Positions 27,816-38,007 of a DNA stretch of 64,000 nucleotides are shown here, piece after piece. This DNA is from Sphingomonadales bacterium (GTDB taxonomy: Bacteria > Pseudomonadota > Alphaproteobacteria > Sphingomonadales > Sphingomonadaceae). Below the pieces are notes generated by a model that did no database searches, had not been told where the DNA came from, and saw nothing but the letters and a program-made list of their open reading frames with translations. Position numbers and translations under genes: made by a program. The DNA is taken from contig JBBQMB010000001.1 of assembly GCA_038328515.1 (NCBI GenBank), forward strand, positions 2,044 through 66,043, in the 5' to 3' direction. Within the stretch, counting starts at the first letter, position 1. Each line of letters starts with the position of its first letter.

Positions 27816-28086
27816 GGAGTCCCTCATTAAGAAATGGCAATGATGCAGTTACGGGTAATCGGCAAAGACGCACCGTTCGTTGTGGTGCTCCTTGTATGGC
27901 GCATCACAACTGGCCCGGAGATGAATGGTTGCCCAACTCCCCCCGGCGGCAGACTTTGCTACCCTTATCGAATCCGGCGCGCTGTGCAACGGGATATAGA
28001 AGCTATCGTAACGGTGGCTGACACGCACACATGTTGCGCAAGGGCACTCAAGCGCCTAACCGGCGCCGCATAGATAACTGGGGAGA

Positions 28087-29028
28087 ATGACCATTCGCGC
28101 TTTCCTTTTTCCGGGCCAGGGCAGCCAATCGGTCGGCATGGGCCGGGGCCTCGCCGAAGCCAGCCCGATAGCCCGAGCCGTTTTCGAAGAAGTCGATGAT
28201 GCGCTGGACTTCCACCTGACGCGCCTGATGTGGGACGGGCCGGAGGACCAGTTGACCCTTACCGAAAACGCCCAGCCGGCGATCATGGCGGTGTCGATCG
28301 CGGCGCTGCGCGTGCTCGAAGCCGAAGGTGGCATGGTGCTGGCCGACAAGGCTGCCTATGTCGCCGGGCACAGCCTTGGTGAATATTCGGCGCTTGCCGC
28401 TGCGGGTGCGCTGGGCCTGGCGCAAACCGCGCGGCTGCTGCGTTTGCGCGGGCAATCGATGCAGGCCGCAGTCCCCGTTGGCGAGGGCGCCATGGCAGCG
28501 CTGCTCGGGTTGGGCTTTGAAGCGGTGCAAGCGATCGCAGCCGAAGCCGCGCAAGGCGATGTTTGCGCTGCTGCCAATGACAATGCGCCGGGGCAGGTGG
28601 TGGTGTCTGGCCATGTGGCGGCAGTGGCGCGGGCGATGGCGCTGGCGCGGACGCGCGGCGCCCGCCATTCGGTGTTGCTGCCGGTATCGGCGCCTTTTCA
28701 CTGTGCGTTGATGCAGCCGGCCGCCGAGGCGATGGCGGCGGCGCTGGAAGCCGCTGTCGTCAACCGCCCGTTCGTGCCGCTGGTCGCCAATGTCACCGCA
28801 GATGTGGTGGTCGATCCCGATCTGATTCGCCGCCTCCTGGTTGAACAGCTCACTGGCACGGAGCTCAGGCGCGAATCGGTGCTGAAAATGGCCGATCTGG
28901 GGGTCACCAATTTCGTCGAACTCGGCGGCAAGGTGCTGGGGCCGATGGTCCGCCGCATCACGCCGGATGCTAAAATGCAAAGCGCCGCCGATATGGCCGG
29001 CGTCGAAGCGCTGGCCAAGGAACTTTAG
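28087..29028 (+). CDS. fabD: Malonyl-CoA:ACP transacylase
   Basis: Motifs FPGQGSQ and GHSLGEYSAL are present, the protein is 313 aa, and the gene sits in fab cluster context. Confidence 0.95.
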   Translation: MTIRAFLFPGQGSQSVGMGRGLAEASPIARAVFEEVDDALDFHLTRLMWDGPEDQLTLTENAQPAIMAVSIAALRVLEAEGGMVLADKAAYVAGHSLGEYSALAAAGALGLAQTARLLRLRGQSMQAAVPVGEGAMAALLGLGFEAVQAIAAEAAQGDVCAAANDNAPGQVVVSGHVAAVARAMALARTRGARHSVLLPVSAPFHCALMQPAAEAMAAALEAAVVNRPFVPLVANVTADVVVDPDLIRRLLVEQLTGTELRRESVLKMADLGVTNFVELGGKVLGPMVRRITPDAKMQSAADMAGVEALAKEL

Positions 29029-29031
29029 GCG

Positions 29032-29772
29032 ATGTTCGATCTGACAGGGATGACGGCGCTGGTCACCGGCGCATCGGGCGGCATCGGCAGCGCGGTGGCG
29101 CGGGCGCTCGCCGCGCAGGGGGCGCGCGTCGCGCTGTCGGGCACCCGCGCCGATGCACTGGAGGCCGTGCGCGCCGATATCGACGGGGACAGCGTCGTGC
29201 TGCCGTGCGACCTGTCGGATGCGGCAGCCGTCGATGCGCTGGTGCCGCGCGCACTCGAGGCGCTCGGCCGGCTTGATATTCTGGTCAACAATGCCGGTGT
29301 GACGCGCGATAATCTCGCGCTGCGCATGAAGGACGAGGAATGGGACATGGTGATCCGTGTCAATCTGGAGGCGGCGTTTCGACTGGCGCGCGCGGCGCTC
29401 AAGCCCATGATGATGAAGCAGCGTTTTGGCCGCATCATTTCGGTGACGTCGGTAGTTGGCGTGACGGGCAACCCGGGACAGGCGAATTATGCTGCGTCAA
29501 AGGCCGGGTTGATCGGCATGTCAAAGGCGCTGGCACAGGAAGTCGCCAGCCGCAACGTGACGGTGAACTGCATTGCGCCGGGGTTCATCACGTCGCCGAT
29601 GACTGATGCGCTTCCCGATGCGCAAAAGACGGCGTTGACCGGGCGTATCCCCGCTGGCCGGTTGGGGGACGGCGCCGACATCGCGGCGGGCGTGGTTTAT
29701 CTGTCATCGCGCGAAGCCGGCTATGTGACGGGCCAGACTCTGCATGTGAATGGCGGCATGGCGATGATCTGA
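29032..29772 (+). CDS. fabG: 3-oxoacyl-ACP reductase
   Basis: Motifs TGASGGIGSAVA, NNAG and YAASKAG are present. The C-terminus GQTLHVNGGMAM is typical, and the protein is 246 aa. Confidence 0.95.
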   Translation: MFDLTGMTALVTGASGGIGSAVARALAAQGARVALSGTRADALEAVRADIDGDSVVLPCDLSDAAAVDALVPRALEALGRLDILVNNAGVTRDNLALRMKDEEWDMVIRVNLEAAFRLARAALKPMMMKQRFGRIISVTSVVGVTGNPGQANYAASKAGLIGMSKALAQEVASRNVTVNCIAPGFITSPMTDALPDAQKTALTGRIPAGRLGDGADIAAGVVYLSSREAGYVTGQTLHVNGGMAMI

Positions 29773-29862
29773 GGTGCGCCGGGCTCTTGTCTTGAAGCCC
29801 GCGTGCCGCTATCGCCGTTGGTCAAGCAACAATGCCAAAGTGCAATTGGAAAGAGGGTTCCC

Positions 29863-30102
29863 ATGAGCGACGTCGCCGACCGCGTTAAGAAGATCGTCGT
29901 TGAGCATCTCGGTGTCGAAGCCGACAAGGTGACCAACGATGCCAGCTTCATCGATGATCTGGGTGCAGACAGCCTCGACACCGTCGAACTCGTCATGGCC
30001 TTCGAGGAAGAATTCGCGGTGGAAATCCCCGATGATGCCGCCGAAAAAATCCTGACCGTCAAAGATGCCATCGACTTCATCGGTGCCAACCAAAAGGGTT
30101 GA
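29863..30102 (+). CDS. acpP: Acyl carrier protein
   Basis: The sequence [18 protein letters not shown]...[20 protein letters not shown] contains the phosphopantetheine-attachment Ser in DSLD. The protein is 79 aa. Confidence 0.97.
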   Translation: MSDVADRVKKIVVEHLGVEADKVTNDASFIDDLGADSLDTVELVMAFEEEFAVEIPDDAAEKILTVKDAIDFIGANQKG

Positions 30103-30103
30103 T

Positions 30104-30129
30104 CGCCGGCTAGAAGGCCGGTGCCTTTT
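30104..30129 (+). terminator. Candidate intrinsic terminator or attenuator after acpP
   Basis: The hairpin CGCCGGC-TAGAAG-GCCGGTG is followed by CCTTTTGG, 2 nt after the acpP stop. A second 13-14 bp hairpin lies at 30158-30188. Confidence 0.45.
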
Positions 30130-30253
30130 GGCCCTGCCTGACGTCAACGTCTTGGCAAACGGCCTTTCGCGATATGCGAGAGGCCGTTTCGCGTATAAAA
30201 GGCGATAATCGTAAAAGTCCGCAAATGGACGATCTGGGAAGGATAGGCTGCCG

Positions 30254-31516
30254 ATGCGGCGCGTGGTTGTAACGGGCGTAGGGCTGGTGACGCCTTTGGG
30301 TTCGGATGTCGAAACGGTATGGGCCAATATATTGGCATCCAGGTCGGGCGCTGGCACGATTACCCGGTTCGATGCGACCGATTATGCCTGCCGAATCGCC
30401 TGCGAAGTGATTCGCGGCGATGGCTCGGGGGTCACGTTCAACGCCGATACGCGTGTCGATTACAAGGTGCAGCGCCAGGTCGATCCGTTCATTATCTATG
30501 GTATCGATGCGGCGGGCCAGGCGCTTGAAGACGCCGGACTGACCAATATGACCGAGGAAGAACGCTTTCGCGCTGGTTGCTCGATCGGTTCGGGTATCGG
30601 CGGTTTGCCTGGCATTGCCTCGGAATCGATCGTGCTCCACGAAAAAGGCCCGCGCCGGGTCAGCCCGCATTTCGTCCATGGCCGGCTGATCAACCTCATC
30701 TCGGGGCAGGTTTCGATCAAATACGGCCTGATGGGGCCGAATCATGCCGTGGTGACGGCGTGCTCGACGGGCGCCCATGCCATTGGTGATGCCGCGCGGA
30801 TGATTGCGCTCGATGATGCGGATGTGATGCTGGCCGGGGGTGCGGAAGGGGCGATCTGCCCGCTTGGCATCGCCGGATTTTCGCAAGCCAAGGCGCTTTC
30901 ATCGGGGTTCAACGACACGCCAACGCAGGCCAGCCGGCCTTATGACAAGGCCCGCGATGGCTTCGTCATGGGCGAGGGCGCCGGCGTCGTGGTGCTCGAA
31001 GAATATGAACACGCCAAGGCGCGCGGTGCCAAAATCTATGGCGAAGTCATCGGCTATGGCCTGACCGGCGATGCCTATCATGTGACCGCGCCGCACCCCG
31101 AAGGTTCGGGCGCTTTCCGCTCGATGGCAATGGCGCTGAAAAAGGCCGGGCTCAACCCGTCCGACATCGATTATATCAACGCCCATGGCACCTCGACACC
31201 GATGGGTGACGAGCTGGAGTTGGGCGCGGTGCGGCGGTTGTTCGGCAGCGCCATCGAAACCGTATCGATGTCATCGACCAAATCGGCGATCGGCCATCTG
31301 CTCGGTGGCGCCGGCGCTGTCGAATCGATTTTCTGCCTGTTGGCGATGCGCGACCAGGTGGCACCGCCAACACTCAATCTCGATAATCCATCGGAGGCGT
31401 GCATCGGCGTCGATCTGGTTCCCCATGTCGCCAAACAGCGCCCGATCAAGGCCGTGCTCAACAACAGCTTCGGCTTTGGCGGGACGAATGCGACGCTGGT
31501 GATGCGCGCGGTATGA
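30254..31516 (+). CDS. fabF: Beta-ketoacyl-ACP synthase II
   Basis: The N-terminus is MRRVVVTGVGLVTPLG. The active-site Cys sits in ACSTGAHAIGDA, and HGTSTP and NSFGFGGTNA are present. The protein is 420 aa. Confidence 0.95.
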   Translation: MRRVVVTGVGLVTPLGSDVETVWANILASRSGAGTITRFDATDYACRIACEVIRGDGSGVTFNADTRVDYKVQRQVDPFIIYGIDAAGQALEDAGLTNMTEEERFRAGCSIGSGIGGLPGIASESIVLHEKGPRRVSPHFVHGRLINLISGQVSIKYGLMGPNHAVVTACSTGAHAIGDAARMIALDDADVMLAGGAEGAICPLGIAGFSQAKALSSGFNDTPTQASRPYDKARDGFVMGEGAGVVVLEEYEHAKARGAKIYGEVIGYGLTGDAYHVTAPHPEGSGAFRSMAMALKKAGLNPSDIDYINAHGTSTPMGDELELGAVRRLFGSAIETVSMSSTKSAIGHLLGGAGAVESIFCLLAMRDQVAPPTLNLDNPSEACIGVDLVPHVAKQRPIKAVLNNSFGFGGTNATLVMRAV

Positions 31517-31546
31517 GCGCAGCGGCATCATCCAGGCGCGCCTGAG

Positions 31547-32515
31547 ATGAGGCGCAGCCCTATTGGGGCGTTCGTCGCCCTGTTGCTGATCATCGGCGGG
31601 CCGTTGCTGGTGGCGCCGTGGTTTGGCTGGGGCCGCACGCCCGGCGCTGCGATGATGTTCACCGTGCCCAAAGGCGCATCGCTGACCGCGGTCGGCAACG
31701 CCCTGCATGACAAGGGTCTGATCGATTCGCCGCGGCAGTTTCGCGCGCTGGCGCGGTTTTTCGGCGGGGATGCGGCGGTCAAGGCCGGCACCTATCGCCT
31801 GCGACGCGGCGATGCCTGGGCGACTTATCTCAGTGTCATGCAGCAAGGCCTGGTCGCGGCTGAACGGATTACCATTCCCGAGGGGTTGGCATCGGTGCAG
31901 GTCGCTGACCTGCTCATCCGCGAAAAGCAATTGACCGGCACGGCCGCGGTGCCCGCCGAAGGCAGCGTGCTCCCCGAAACCTATGATTTCACTCCCGGCG
32001 AATCGCGGCAAAAGCTGGTCGCGCGGATGCAAAAGGCGATGACCGCCACAACGGCGGCTCTATGGGCAAAGCGCAGCAAGGCCGCCGTGGTGACAACGCC
32101 GGCGCAAGCGATCATCCTCGCGTCGATCGTCGAAAAGGAAACCGGCAAGGCATCGGAACGCCGGATGGTGGCGGGCGTTTATTCCAACCGGCTGCGCATC
32201 GGTATGAAGCTCGATGCCGACCCCACGGTCATCTATCCGATCACCAAGGGCCGTCCGCTGGGCCGGCGTATCAAAAAATCCGAACTGGCGCGTGATACCG
32301 GTTATAACACCTATCTCAAACCCGGGCTGCCGGTGGGGCCAATCGCCAATCCGGGCCGGGCCAGCATTGCCGCGGTGCTCGATCCGGCGCCGACCAAGGC
32401 GCTGTTCTTTGTTGCCGATGGCAGCGGTGGCCATGTTTTTGCCGAAACGCTGGCTGAACATAATGCCAATGTTGCAAAATGGTTCGCGCTGCGCCGTCAG
32501 CGCGGCGAGATGTGA
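31547..32515 (+). CDS. mltG: Endolytic transglycosylase MltG (YceG family)
   Basis: An N-terminal TM segment is followed by ASIVEKETG, YNTY and LPPGPI-like (LPVGPIANPG) motifs. It occupies the conserved position after fabF. Confidence 0.9.
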   Translation: MRRSPIGAFVALLLIIGGPLLVAPWFGWGRTPGAAMMFTVPKGASLTAVGNALHDKGLIDSPRQFRALARFFGGDAAVKAGTYRLRRGDAWATYLSVMQQGLVAAERITIPEGLASVQVADLLIREKQLTGTAAVPAEGSVLPETYDFTPGESRQKLVARMQKAMTATTAALWAKRSKAAVVTTPAQAIILASIVEKETGKASERRMVAGVYSNRLRIGMKLDADPTVIYPITKGRPLGRRIKKSELARDTGYNTYLKPGLPVGPIANPGRASIAAVLDPAPTKALFFVADGSGGHVFAETLAEHNANVAKWFALRRQRGEM

Positions 32516-33147
32516 CCCCCTTGCGTAACCGGCGCAGCGCCGGGCCGGCGCCACGGCCCGGGTTCGGCAGCAGCGGCCGTGCGCCCAAACCTGCCAAGAT
32601 CGGCCTGCTGGGCATCATGGGCCGCATCTTTGCCGCGCTGCTGCTGGGCTGGTGCGGCGGGTTCCTGTGGTTCAGCCTGACCCTGCCGGCCCCGGCGCCG
32701 CTGGGCTTCAAGACCGATGCCGTGGTGGTGTTGACGGGTGGCAAGGGTCGGTTGAAGCGCGGGCTGGCGGTGATCGAGGCGGGCAGCGCGCGGCGGATGC
32801 TGATATCGGGGGTTGATCGCAACACCACCCGCAAGCAACTGGCGGCAGCAGCCGGAGTCAGGAAATCGCGGCTCGGCACCAGCGATCTGGGCTATGAAGC
32901 TGTCGATACAAGGTCGAATGCGGAAGAAACGGCGCGCTGGGTGGCAAAAAATCGCTTCACGTCGATCCGCCTGGTGACATCGGCGGGGCATATGCGCCGC
33001 GCCCGGCTGGAACTCAGCCGGGTGTTGCCGCGCGGCATCAGCGTGGTTTCGGATGCGGTGGCGGTGGAAGCCCGGGCGCCGTCGATTGCCGCCGAATATA
33101 GCAAATATCTGTTGCGCCGTGCGGCGCTGGCGATGGGCGAAGCATGA
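32512..33147 (+). CDS. YdcF/DUF218 family protein
   Basis: A TM anchor is followed by DAVVVLTGGKGRLKRG...ISGVD and a TSAGHMRRA-like motif. The start is ambiguous. Candidates are ATG 32479, GTG 32512 (which overlaps the mltG stop) and ATG 32617. Confidence 0.75.
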   Translation: MTPLRNRRSAGPAPRPGFGSSGRAPKPAKIGLLGIMGRIFAALLLGWCGGFLWFSLTLPAPAPLGFKTDAVVVLTGGKGRLKRGLAVIEAGSARRMLISGVDRNTTRKQLAAAAGVRKSRLGTSDLGYEAVDTRSNAEETARWVAKNRFTSIRLVTSAGHMRRARLELSRVLPRGISVVSDAVAVEARAPSIAAEYSKYLLRRAALAMGEA

Positions 33148-33881
33148 CCGCCATCGCTTTCCTGCGTTCCTGCCTGTTCACCATTGTCTTTTATCTGGGT
33201 TCGGTCGTGACGGTGACCGGCGCTTTGATGGCCGGGCTGGTGTCACGTTCCGGACTATATCTTGGCCCCAAGCTCTGGGCTGGCTGGTTCCTGTGGTGCA
33301 GCCGATGGCTGACGGGGGTAAAAATCAATGTCGAAGGCGATATTCCGCCTGGCCCCCACCTGTTCGCGATCAAGCATGAATCGGCCTATGAAACCTTTTT
33401 GACGCTGTGGCTGTTCACCCGCCCGGCGGTGGTCATGAAGGCGGAACTGAAAACCATTCCGGTCTGGGGGGCAGCCGCGACCCGCCATGGCTCGATATTC
33501 GTCGATCGCGAAGGCTCGGCAGCGATGCTGCGCACGATGATGAAAGCGGCGCAGGCGGCCGTAAAGGATGGCCGCCCGGTAGTGATTTTCCCCGAAGGCA
33601 CGCGCGTTGCGGTGGGCGCCACGCCGCCGCTCGCTGCCGGTTTCGCCGGGCTCTACAAGATATTGAAATTGCCGGTGGTTCCTGTTGCGCTCGACAGCGG
33701 CAGCGCGTGGCCCAAGGGCTTCATCAAGCGGCCCGGCGTCGTGACGTTCCGGTTCGCCGCGCCGATTCCACCGGGTCTGCCGCGTGACGATATCGAAGCG
33801 CGCGTTCATGCCGCGATCAACCAGCTACAGTCTCCCGAGCGCGGTGTTGCCTTGCCGATCGCCCCGAAGGCCAGCACATGA
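33144..33881 (+). CDS. plsC: 1-acyl-sn-glycerol-3-phosphate acyltransferase family protein
   Basis: It carries the acyltransferase block I variant KHESAYE and block III FPEGTR. The start forms an ATGA overlap with the upstream stop. Confidence 0.85.
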   Translation: MTAIAFLRSCLFTIVFYLGSVVTVTGALMAGLVSRSGLYLGPKLWAGWFLWCSRWLTGVKINVEGDIPPGPHLFAIKHESAYETFLTLWLFTRPAVVMKAELKTIPVWGAAATRHGSIFVDREGSAAMLRTMMKAAQAAVKDGRPVVIFPEGTRVAVGATPPLAAGFAGLYKILKLPVVPVALDSGSAWPKGFIKRPGVVTFRFAAPIPPGLPRDDIEARVHAAINQLQSPERGVALPIAPKAST

Positions 33882-34840
33882 GCCGCCGTATCCCCTTGTG
33901 GCTGACGCTGCTGCCTTTGGTGCTGGCGGTTGGGCTGTACCTCATGCTCTGGCAGGGCTGGGCGCGCGATTTTGATGCCGAGGTGCACGACTGGCTGCCC
34001 GCGATGCCGTTCGAGGTGACGGGGTTCCCCTACCGGCTCGAAGCCCAGATCAGCCACCCCGAGTTGCGCGGCGGCGCCGTGGTACGCCTGTTTGCCAGCG
34101 CGTCGCGCGCGCGCATCAATCGCGGCCCATGGCAGGAAGATCTGACGCTGGTCGGGGCTGATTACCCGCGCTTTTCGGCGATTGTCGGGCCCGGCATCGG
34201 CGCCAGCTTTTCCGGAAAATCGGCGCTGACCAGTATCAACGTCGAAAACGGCCGCTTGCAGCGCCTGTCGAGCGTTATCGAAGCGGCCAACGCCCGGCTC
34301 GGTTTCAGCCCGGTAACCATCGCCGCCGACAGCCTGGAACTGCACCTGCGTGAACGCCTGCCCGATGCCAGAACGCCGGAGGCAGCCACGCCGCCGCCGC
34401 GCGGCCAGTTGGTGATCAGCGGCCAGCGTGTGCGGTTCGATCGCGGCGATGCCCTGACGCTGGCCGCCGACATGGTCGTCACCGGCCAGGCGCGGCTGAC
34501 CGGCTATGATCGTTGGGCCACCACCGGCACGATCGAACTGACGCGCGCCAGCCTGTCGGATGCGCATGGCGAAATCGCCGGCATCAGCGCCACCATTGTG
34601 CCGATCGGTCGGCGCGCGCTGCGCTTTGCCGGCACAATCGACACGATTTGCCCGGCAACAATCAGCGCGGCGTTCGCCGGCACAGCGGCCGCGCCGGAAC
34701 AGCGGCTGCGCACTGCTTTGCGCCTGGCCTTTGAAGGCGAACCGGGGGCGATGCGACTGGCGGCGCTGCCCGATGATCTTGGCCAGCGCGCGGTGCGCGG
34801 CCAGTTACCGGCGTGTCCCGTGATCCGCAGGCTGCCATAG
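33878..34840 (+). CDS. Membrane-anchored hypothetical protein (possibly DUF2125)
   Basis: The N-terminal TM segment is IPLWLTLLPLVLAVGLYLML. The motif VTGFPYRLE resembles my recollection of DUF2125. The start forms an ATGA overlap with plsC. Confidence 0.5.
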   Translation: MSRRIPLWLTLLPLVLAVGLYLMLWQGWARDFDAEVHDWLPAMPFEVTGFPYRLEAQISHPELRGGAVVRLFASASRARINRGPWQEDLTLVGADYPRFSAIVGPGIGASFSGKSALTSINVENGRLQRLSSVIEAANARLGFSPVTIAADSLELHLRERLPDARTPEAATPPPRGQLVISGQRVRFDRGDALTLAADMVVTGQARLTGYDRWATTGTIELTRASLSDAHGEIAGISATIVPIGRRALRFAGTIDTICPATISAAFAGTAAAPEQRLRTALRLAFEGEPGAMRLAALPDDLGQRAVRGQLPACPVIRRLP

Positions 34841-35011
34841 CGACTTTTTGGCCACACTGTCCGATTGAGCAACACAGGATGTGAAGCAGGGGCTTTCGCC
34901 CTGCCGTTGGTTATGCTTTTGCCGCTGCTCGGGATCGAAACGTCGATTACACGACGGCAACAACAAAAATTCGGGCTGGCATTGGCACCGAACCGGGCAG
35001 GGGCAACATAT

Positions 35012-37999
35012 ATGAGCGCTTTACCATCGCTGCGGATAATTCTGCTTGTCAGCGCAGCAAGCCTGGTCGTGGCGCCGGCACTGGCGCAACCGGCCCCGCC
35101 GGTCCGCGCCGATGCCGCCAAAGCCGATGAGGAAGTGATCATCGTCGTTGGCAGCCGCATCGACAATGCCAGGATCGCCGGCGCGCTGCCGGTGTCGGTG
35201 CTCGACGAAGAACGCATCGCCGCGGTCGGCAGCGTTTCTGGCGATGATCTGTTCCGCTCGATTCCTCAGGCCGGCGATGTCCAGTTTCAAGAGGCGCGCA
35301 CCACCGGCAACCTCAACGATGCGCGCGGCGACAATGCCTCGATCAACCTGCGCAGTGTTGGCACCGGCAATACGCTGGTGCTGCTCAACGGCCGCCGCAT
35401 GATCCTGACGCCGGGCACCCAGACTGAAAATTTCGTGCCGGTGCAGACCGCGAACACCAACTCGATTCCGGTTGGCGGCATCCGCCGGCTCGAAATCCTG
35501 CGCGATGGTGCGGGTGCCATTTATGGCGCCGATGCTGTCGCCGGGGTGGTCAACGTCGTGCTCGACGATCGCTTCAAGGGGTTTCGGCTCGATGCGCGCT
35601 ATGGCTTTGCCGATGGTACCGGCGAAACAACCGTGGGGGGCAAGGCCGGCTTCGAAACCAAATCGGGCGGTAATTTCCTGATTTTCGGCAGTTACACGCA
35701 TCGCACGCCGCTGTTCACCAGCGAGCGTGATTTCGCCATCAGCGAAGATCATCGCGCCGCGCTTGATGGCACTTTGTGGCAGGGCGACACCGGTTTCGAC
35801 AATCGCTCGACCTCATCGCCCTGGGGCAGTTTCACGACGATTCCGGTATCCACGGTGCGGCAGGGGACATCGACGCTGACGACCAGTGGCGTTTTCCACA
35901 TCGAACCGATCGCCAATACCGCTGCGGGCTGCTCGAGCACCACCTTGCCAGGCAATTTGTGCATCCGTTCGGGCACGATCACCGGCGCTGCCGATCGCGT
36001 GCTGCGCTATGATCAAAACCCCGATCGCACGATCCGCGGCGGGCTTGACCGCATCAACGTGTTCTCCACGTTCAAACAGCCGATCGGCGATGTCGAACTG
36101 TTCGGTGAAGCCGGTTATTATCATGCCCGGTTGCAAGGCCAGCGCGAGCAATCGGCACCGATTTCGAGCGCCGTCATCTCGATTGCGGCGAACAGCTTTT
36201 ACAACCCCTTTGGCCCGACGACGCTCAATGGCGTTGCCAATCCCAACCGGCTGGCCAATCTGACGGGCGTGCCAACCACCGGGCTACCGCTGCGCATCAC
36301 GACATACCGCCCGGTTGATACCGGCCCGCGCACCTTTGTGGTTACCGATGACATGGTTCGCGGCGTGCTTGGGGTGCGCGGCGAATGGGGCAATTTCAAA
36401 TGGGAATCGGCGGCAACCTATTCCTGGGCCCGCACCGATGACAATACGCGCAACGCGATCAGCAACACCTTGTTCCAAAAAGCCGTGTCGCTGACCACCG
36501 CCGATGCCTACAACCCGTTCAACGGTGGCAGCCAGCCGAATTTTTCGGTGGGTGATGCCACCCCGAACAGCCAGGCGACGATCAACGGCTTCCTTGTCGA
36601 TGTGCATCGCATCGGCAAGACCACGCTGGCAACCGGCGATTTTCGCGTTACCAACAACCAGTTGTTCGAGTTGCCGGCCGGCCCGCTCGGCATTGCCGGT
36701 GGGCTCGAACTGCGCCGCGAAACCTATCAGGATAATCGCGACGACAGGCTCGATGGCACCATCACCTACACCGACAGCGTCACCGGCATAAAATATGGCA
36801 CCGACATCATGGGCGCCTCGGGTGCGCCCGATGTGCGGGGCGCGCGCACGGTCACATCGGCCTATATCGAACTCGCCGTGCCGGTCATCTCGCCTGACAT
36901 GAACATTCCATTGGTGCAGTCGATCGATCTGCAACTTGCGGCGCGTGACGAATATTATTCCGATTTCGGCAATGTGCTCAAACCCAAGATCGCCGGAATT
37001 TGGTCGGTAATCGACGGCATCAAGCTGCGCGGATCCTGGTCGCAAAGCTTCCGGGCACCAAATCTGGCGCAATTTTATTCGGTTGGCACCCAGGTCGCCA
37101 ATACCCGCACCGATTTTGCCCAGTGCCGGTTGAATAACACCCCTTGCACCGGGTTCAGCACGCTGGAGGAGCGCTCGGGCAACCAGTCGCTCAAGCCTGA
37201 AGATGCCGAAAATCTTTCGGCCGGCATCGTGCTGCAACCCGCGCCGAACCTGACGCTGACGGTCGATTACTGGTCGCTGACATCGGACGGGGTCATTGGC
37301 CTGCAGGGCGCGCAGAACCAGATCCTGTTCGATCTCCTCGAACGGCAAAGCGGCCGCAGCAACCCCAATGTCGTGCGCGTGGCACCAGTGGGCGCACAGG
37401 TCGTGGGTGACCTGCAACTCGTTCAGGATAATTATTTCAACCTGGGCCCGCGTTATCTGCGTGGTCTGGATTTTGGCGTGAACTATGATCTGCGCAACAC
37501 GCCGCTGGGCAATTTCAATTTTGATTTCAACGCCGCAAAGTTGATCCGCTTTGAACAGTCGCCTTCGGAATTGCAGCAAAAACTGATCACCGCCAACGCC
37601 GCCGGCACGCTGGGCCCCGGCATTACCATCACCCAGGCGGGCAGCCTCATCAAACAGAATGGCAACCCGCAATGGCGCTTCACCGGTAACATCACCTGGC
37701 GCATGAACGGCTTCAGCGCCGGGGTGCTCGTCAGCCATGTCGGCCCGGTGTTCGATACCGGAACGGCGCTGATCAACGGTCAATTCTATGAAGTCGAAGG
37801 CGTGACCACGGTCAACAGCTTTGTCCAGTATCGCACCGGTACCAACGCCGGGGCATTGTCGGGCGCGCGTTTCCGCATCGGAGCCCGCAACCTTTTCGAC
37901 AAACAGCCACCGCTGACGTCATCGAACTTCGGCTTCAACGGCGCGCTGCACGATGGGGTGGGGCGTTTCATCTACATCGAAGCATCGAAAGACTTCTGA
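35012..37999 (+). CDS. TonB-dependent receptor
   Basis: It has a signal peptide (LVVAPALAQ) and a plug domain (VIIVVGSR, NLRSVGTGNTLVLLNGRRM). A long beta-barrel ends in the terminal aromatic YIEASKDF. An AGGGG Shine-Dalgarno precedes the ATG at 35012, and the track start is a TTG. Confidence 0.9.
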   Translation: MSALPSLRIILLVSAASLVVAPALAQPAPPVRADAAKADEEVIIVVGSRIDNARIAGALPVSVLDEERIAAVGSVSGDDLFRSIPQAGDVQFQEARTTGNLNDARGDNASINLRSVGTGNTLVLLNGRRMILTPGTQTENFVPVQTANTNSIPVGGIRRLEILRDGAGAIYGADAVAGVVNVVLDDRFKGFRLDARYGFADGTGETTVGGKAGFETKSGGNFLIFGSYTHRTPLFTSERDFAISEDHRAALDGTLWQGDTGFDNRSTSSPWGSFTTIPVSTVRQGTSTLTTSGVFHIEPIANTAAGCSSTTLPGNLCIRSGTITGAADRVLRYDQNPDRTIRGGLDRINVFSTFKQPIGDVELFGEAGYYHARLQGQREQSAPISSAVISIAANSFYNPFGPTTLNGVANPNRLANLTGVPTTGLPLRITTYRPVDTGPRTFVVTDDMVRGVLGVRGEWGNFKWESAATYSWARTDDNTRNAISNTLFQKAVSLTTADAYNPFNGGSQPNFSVGDATPNSQATINGFLVDVHRIGKTTLATGDFRVTNNQLFELPAGPLGIAGGLELRRETYQDNRDDRLDGTITYTDSVTGIKYGTDIMGASGAPDVRGARTVTSAYIELAVPVISPDMNIPLVQSIDLQLAARDEYYSDFGNVLKPKIAGIWSVIDGIKLRGSWSQSFRAPNLAQFYSVGTQVANTRTDFAQCRLNNTPCTGFSTLEERSGNQSLKPEDAENLSAGIVLQPAPNLTLTVDYWSLTSDGVIGLQGAQNQILFDLLERQSGRSNPNVVRVAPVGAQVVGDLQLVQDNYFNLGPRYLRGLDFGVNYDLRNTPLGNFNFDFNAAKLIRFEQSPSELQQKLITANAAGTLGPGITITQAGSLIKQNGNPQWRFTGNITWRMNGFSAGVLVSHVGPVFDTGTALINGQFYEVEGVTTVNSFVQYRTGTNAGALSGARFRIGARNLFDKQPPLTSSNFGFNGALHDGVGRFIYIEASKDF

Positions 38000-38007
38000 T
38001 CGGAGGC

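Noticed and set aside
27834-28073. 79-codon ORF in the 259-bp gap upstream of fabD
   Set aside because: Third-position GC is mixed and low, there is no Shine-Dalgarno, and the sequence is Cys/Arg-rich and unrecognisable. The region is more likely a promoter or leader. I also saw only imperfect hairpins, so I make no ncRNA call.
34841-35011. Cobalamin riboswitch upstream of the TonB-dependent receptor
   Set aside because: Only a GCCACACTG string loosely resembles the B12-box core GCCACTG. The 170-bp region is too short, and the other conserved cobalamin-riboswitch elements are missing.
36284-37783. Very long ORFs antisense to real genes. Examples are 36284-37783(-), 38464-39813(-), 39846-40919(-), 41254-42678(-), 44804-46084(-), 60047-61414(-), 28048-28980(-), 10215-11177(+) and 4821-6146(-).
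   Set aside because: Their translations are Arg/Gly/Ala/Pro/His-rich and low in complexity, with no recognisable motifs. Each lies opposite a gene with clear family signatures. Long open antisense frames are expected at about 64% GC.
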